From Candidatus Poribacteria bacterium (lineage in GTDB: Bacteria; Poribacteria; WGA-4E; WGA-3G): a stretch of 64,000 nucleotides of DNA. The stretch's first letter is position 1. Every line of letters begins with the position of its first letter. Under the pieces are notes generated by a model, which saw only the letters and a program-made list of their open reading frames with translations, did not search any database and had not been told where the DNA came from. Positions 60,010 through 64,000 of this stretch are shown one piece after another. The stretch is taken from positions 16,508-80,507 of the forward strand of contig JAJEIP010000072.1 in NCBI GenBank assembly GCA_022827885.1, in the 5' to 3' direction. The translations under genes and the position numbers were made by a program.

Positions 60010-61077
60010 TTACGGCTTCTTCCACGTTTGCCCTTCAAAGGGTTTGCGCAAATCATATCGTCCTTCTACTAAGACCGGCAGCGTGCCGTCGTTAACCATG
60101 AGTTCAAGCGGCAGTTCCTTGGTTTCCATCGGGATATGGACGACATCCTTGATCCGCAAGGATTCATAGATAGCCATCATGATTTCCAGCGTGTAGCGCG
60201 CCTGAACGCCACTGCCGCGATGGTCAGGGATTTCACCTTCGATCCACTCGATGAATTCATCGTACTGATTTTTGGTTTGTGGCGGCGGCGTAATGGTTTG
60301 CCAGCCCTGCGCGTCCCCATTTTGGAGCAGAAGGGTGCCGTCAGGTCCGTTACGGATTTGTCCCTCTGTTCCAGCGATTGTGGGGTGGGAGACTGACGGT
60401 TCCGGCAGATCGCCTTCATAAATACCACGAGCACCCCCTTCAAAGCAGACTAATCCCATACAGAGGTCCTCACAAATCGTGCGGCGTTCCCAGCGATCGG
60501 TCGTCCGAGAGGTCTGCCCAATGACCCAAAGTGTTTCAGGGTCGGACAGCATGAAACGCCAACCATCGATTGCGTGGGTGCCTGTGTTCAGCAATCCTGC
60601 GTGTCTTTTCGCACTGTGGTGGACGGTTGTTGGTTCACCAATCGCCCCTGCGGCAACGAGCCTACGGGTCTCTATATTTGCCGGGGCATATCTACCTTGG
60701 TGGCCGATGATAAGTTTGACATCGTTCTCTTCACAGGCAGCGAGCATCGCGTCGGCTTGTCCGAGTGAGGCTGCCATCGGCTTCTCACCGATAATACCTT
60801 TCACGCCTGCTTTCGCCGCTGCGACCGTGGCTTCCGCCCGCGGTCCCTGCCATGTTGTGATACTGACGATGTCCAAATCCTCTTTCGCCAACATTTCATC
60901 AACGTCGGTGTAGATAGCCGGAACATCGTATTCGTCTGAGACGCGTTGCGCTGCTTCTTCAAAGATGTCCATTGCTGCGACAACTTGTGCCTTCGGATGT
61001 GCGGTCCATGCTCTGGAATGAGATCTCCCCATTCCACCGCAGCCAATGATTCCAATGCGATAGGTCTGATTTGCCAT
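60010..61077 (-). CDS. Gfo/Idh/MocA family oxidoreductase
   Basis: The Rossmann motif is RIGIIGCGGMGRSHSRAW. Its length is 355 aa. A GAAGGAGG RBS is present. Confidence 0.8.
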   Translation of the reverse strand: MANQTYRIGIIGCGGMGRSHSRAWTAHPKAQVVAAMDIFEEAAQRVSDEYDVPAIYTDVDEMLAKEDLDIVSITTWQGPRAEATVAAAKAGVKGIIGEKPMAASLGQADAMLAACEENDVKLIIGHQGRYAPANIETRRLVAAGAIGEPTTVHHSAKRHAGLLNTGTHAIDGWRFMLSDPETLWVIGQTSRTTDRWERRTICEDLCMGLVCFEGGARGIYEGDLPEPSVSHPTIAGTEGQIRNGPDGTLLLQNGDAQGWQTITPPPQTKNQYDEFIEWIEGEIPDHRGSGVQARYTLEIMMAIYESLRIKDVVHIPMETKELPLELMVNDGTLPVLVEGRYDLRKPFEGQTWKKP

Positions 61078-61138
61078 CTGTTTCGCCTCCTTCTATATTA
61101 GCAAGGATTCTATCAATTTTTGGGCTTTCGGTCAATAA

Positions 61139-61158
61139 TTTTCTGATTTTCCTTGCGG
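61139..61158 (-). repeat. Degenerate start-proximal element (minus-strand CCGCAAGGAAAATCAGAAAA) 60 bp upstream of the Gfo/Idh/MocA gene
   Basis: It has the same orientation as the downstream gene, which here has its own SD. Confidence 0.5.
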
Positions 61159-61327
61159 TTCAGGCGTATATGCACCCTTTCCCTTCCAACGGAGTATCTT
61201 TAATTATAAAGGATTCTAATGTCTCTTGATAGTTTTGGCTTTCTTGCGTAGATGTGTGTCACGCGGGATGCCAAGCGATCGAGCATTGGTTACACAAATT
61301 TTGGTAAATTTTCTGGAGGAGATTCTA

Positions 61328-62062
61328 ATGAGATTAGGACGCATCGGGTTAGGGCTATTTTTTCTCGCTTTCTCCGCCTTGGCGGGGACATTTCTGGATA
61401 CTTTTGATGACGGAAAACTCGTCGATTGGCAAACACTTGTCATGTTCGGTTTTGAGGATCCCGGTTCTTGGGAAATTATTGATGGCGAACTTCAGGCAAT
61501 TAATGTTGGTACACTAACTTTACTCACCATTGGGGAGGAGATATGGAAAGATTATGACATTGAATTTGATGTTAAACCCCTTGAAAAACATGGACCTGGG
61601 AGCATTGCGGTTGCGGCTCGGATTGAAGGGACATGGGGTGTCGTCTGTAGAGTCGGTGACTCATGGGACCCCGGAGAACCAACAGTAGAATGTTTTTCCG
61701 GTGATTTGCATGGAAGAGCATTTGTGGTTTATAGTGAGGAACCTCATCGGTTTTTGAAATTGCGGAAATGGTCAACCTTCAAATTGAGTGTTCATGGAAA
61801 ACAGTTAATCTTTTCGATAAATGGGAAGCAAGTCCTCGACCCTATAACTTTAGAACCTCTCCATGGATTTCCTGGCTTTCTGACCGGTACTGTTGGATTA
61901 GGTCTCGCAGGTTACACAGCGAGATTTGATAATTTCAAAATCACGGGACCCCGTATTCCAGATAAAAATAGATTGTCAGTAACACCCCAGGCGAAGCTTG
62001 CAACGACGTGGGGCAACTTAAAACAGTTAGGATTTACGCATTTGCTCTTAAAGTCCCGCTGA
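61328..62062 (+). CDS. Secreted DUF1080 (3-keto-disaccharide hydrolase-like, LamG fold) protein
   Basis: The ATG at 61328 lies after GGAGGAG. It has a signal peptide (MRLGRIGLGLFFLAFSALAGTF). DUF1080-like motifs are present (SWEIIDGELQ; YDIEFDVK; GTVGLGLAGYTARFDNFKI). Confidence 0.6.
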   Translation: MRLGRIGLGLFFLAFSALAGTFLDTFDDGKLVDWQTLVMFGFEDPGSWEIIDGELQAINVGTLTLLTIGEEIWKDYDIEFDVKPLEKHGPGSIAVAARIEGTWGVVCRVGDSWDPGEPTVECFSGDLHGRAFVVYSEEPHRFLKLRKWSTFKLSVHGKQLIFSINGKQVLDPITLEPLHGFPGFLTGTVGLGLAGYTARFDNFKITGPRIPDKNRLSVTPQAKLATTWGNLKQLGFTHLLLKSR

Positions 62063-62311
62063 TAAGGGGCGGGGAATGCCATAAGGCATTCATACCGTTG
62101 ATTCTTTAGAGGGTTAAATACAGCGAAATTACGATTTTTCAGAGGAATATACCCTTTCTCTGTTCAATTTACGTGAATTCTGACAGTTTTAAGGATCTGT
62201 ATTGACGGGCATTTATGCAGAATCTATCGAAGGACTGGACCTCCATTTCCAAAGACTTGACAAACTTTCGGATGTGTGAAAACATAAGGGAAAACGGAAG
62301 GGAGTTTTTGT

Positions 62312-63409
62312 ATGGCAGATTATGAAGATAAAGGTTCACAGATTCGAGTGACCAACCTTGAGGCTTTTCCGATGGGTGTGAAAGCCTACGTCAAGATTGA
62401 AACCAACATGGATGTTACGGGGTGGGGCGAGATCAACAATATGGAGACAACCGTTACCTGTGCGTTGGCGCGTTCCTTGTCGGAGCTGATTATCGGGGAA
62501 AACCCGACGCGCATTGAACACCATTGGCAGCGGTTGTTTCGGGCACATCGCAACATCCGGGGCGGTGGTTTGATGGTACATACCATCTCCGCCATCGATA
62601 TGGCACTGTGGGATATAGCCGGAAAACTCTGGGGTGTACCCGTCTATCGCTTACTCGGAGGTCCCTGCCGCGATAAGATTTGGAAGTATCCGAGTCCAAA
62701 AGCGATTAAGACAGGACCTGGAGGTTCCAAACCCTTTGCCGGGACCCCTGATGAGATTGCGGATCTCGTTCAGCGCGTGCGCGATGCGCGGGAGCAGGTC
62801 GGTTCCGATGGTGCTGTGATGTTTGATGCACATAGTTGTCTACCTCCGCCGATTGTCAAACAATTCGCGAGTTATCTCCAGCCAGACGACCTTCTCTTTT
62901 TAGAGGAAGCGTGGGTTCCGGGGAATATTGAAGTGATGCGAAAAATCCGGGAATCCGTTCCTGTACCGCTCGCCACTGGAGAGCGCGATCGCACAATATG
63001 GGAGGTTCGCGAAATCCTTGAAGCGCAAGTGATTGACATCCTTCAACCCGATGTCGGACACGGTGGCGGCATTACGCAGGTCAAAAAGGTCGCAGCCCTT
63101 GCTGAAGCGCATCACGTCCCAATCGCGCCACACTGCACAATGTCCTACCTCGGTCTCACCGCGAGTCTTCATTTATCCGCTGCCGTGCCGTTTTTCCTCA
63201 TTCATGAGGGGTATGAGAACGTCCTTCCAGACGGCGTTGCCCACAAAGCGTGGGAGATGGACGAAGAGGGCTACGTTTCACTGCCAGAGGGACCCGGCTT
63301 AGGGGTTACCGTTGATGAGGCAAAAGTTATTGAGGTCGGACAGGAAGCAGACAGACGTTTCACTTGGCCCAATAGTAGGCTACCAGATGGTTCCATCGCC
63401 GATTATTAG
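62312..63409 (+). CDS. Enolase-superfamily sugar acid dehydratase (mandelate racemase/muconate lactonizing enzyme family)
   Basis: The N-terminal capping domain is KIETNMDVTGWGE. The barrel domain has metal-ligand Asp/Glu positions (FDAHS, LEEAW, DVGHGGG). Its length is 365 aa. Confidence 0.75.
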   Translation: MADYEDKGSQIRVTNLEAFPMGVKAYVKIETNMDVTGWGEINNMETTVTCALARSLSELIIGENPTRIEHHWQRLFRAHRNIRGGGLMVHTISAIDMALWDIAGKLWGVPVYRLLGGPCRDKIWKYPSPKAIKTGPGGSKPFAGTPDEIADLVQRVRDAREQVGSDGAVMFDAHSCLPPPIVKQFASYLQPDDLLFLEEAWVPGNIEVMRKIRESVPVPLATGERDRTIWEVREILEAQVIDILQPDVGHGGGITQVKKVAALAEAHHVPIAPHCTMSYLGLTASLHLSAAVPFFLIHEGYENVLPDGVAHKAWEMDEEGYVSLPEGPGLGVTVDEAKVIEVGQEADRRFTWPNSRLPDGSIADY

Positions 63410-63689
63410 CAATCGGCAGTCGGTTATCAGTCTTCGGCTATCGGTAAAGATGCCATCGTCAACGCGGTCTTTGCTGAAATTCAATGACTGATGGCCGATA
63501 AACCTTCTTCCAACAGTTGATAACTGGTGACTGATTGTTTAAAAGTTTGTGTGTCCCCCCTTTTTTCCCTTATTGCAAAAAAAATTTTAAATAAAATGCA
63601 TTTTATGCAACCTTTCCTCCGTTAAAATACGACATAGCGTCACGAGGCATTTCTGGCGAATCTTGTAGGTTTCTGAAACTCGTTATCAG

Positions 63690-64000
63690 ATGACTGTGGA
63701 GGTAATCGTGCAAAACGAAGATGTTGATCTGATTCAACGCGTCTTAAAGGGTGATGAAAATGCGTTCACTGCACTGGTCGAGAAGCACCGGAAGTGGATT
63801 CATTCGCTTGCGTGGCGTGAGATCGGTGATTTCCATGCCGCACAAGAGATTACGCAAGATACCTTTATTCAGGCTTATAAGTCGCTTCCGAGTTTGAGAG
63901 ACCCGAATCGTTTTTCAGGCTGGTTACACGTGATAGCGAAGCGTCAATGTATTGAATGGCTGCGACGCAAGCCGATGACGATGCAGTCACTGGATGCGAT
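63690..64000 (+). CDS. ECF-type RNA polymerase sigma factor (partial, runs off window)
   Basis: Sigma70 region 2 is present (LIQRVLKGDENAFTALVEKHRKWIHSLAWREIGDFHAAQEITQDTFIQAYKSL). There is no stop before the window end. Confidence 0.7.
   Translation, partial: MTVEVIVQNEDVDLIQRVLKGDENAFTALVEKHRKWIHSLAWREIGDFHAAQEITQDTFIQAYKSLPSLRDPNRFSGWLHVIAKRQCIEWLRRKPMTMQSLDA

Overview
This 64 kb window is bacterial chromosome spanning the replication origin. The core is rpmH, then the oriC DnaA-box cluster, then dnaA, recF, a DUF721 gene, gyrB and gyrA; no dnaN is present. The lineage is uncultured or poorly characterised, possibly FCB-group or PVC-like, with many Gfo/Idh/MocA, LamG, DUF1080, FGE and TPR genes. 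The content is mostly housekeeping and carbohydrate-active genes plus several accessory modules:

- A type IX secretion module: a 2107-aa gingipain-like C25 protease with a canonical T9SS C-terminal sorting domain (PorU-like), followed 30 bp downstream by a PorV-like outer-membrane beta-barrel. A 2262-aa SprA-like giant protein is encoded elsewhere in the window.
- A sigma54 two-component system, then a GspG-like pseudopilin and a prepilin peptidase.
- A MurNAc recycling cluster (AnmK, NamZ and a beta-lactamase-fold hydrolase).
- A Rieske/cytochrome b pair.
- An AT-rich type II restriction-modification island.
- A GH2 glycosidase, hisC, ispH, pgi and others.

The most unusual signal is a dispersed 20-26 nt element, (GAA)CCGCAAGG-TAAAAT-TAAAAA. 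At least five genes carry it directly against their start codon, always in the same orientation as the gene. One copy lies in-frame inside anmK, and two copies sit beside a GCCTGCAACAACGGCGCAGGCGG hairpin module. It looks like a portable promoter and translation-initiation cassette, probably producing leaderless or SD-less transcripts. A second family of small palindromes (GGGGTTTCTAACCCC and GGGTTGGGTNACCCAACCC) sits in-frame inside at least four CDSs, and several intergenic regions are mosaics of related repeats. No rRNA, tRNA, CRISPR array or transposase gene was found.
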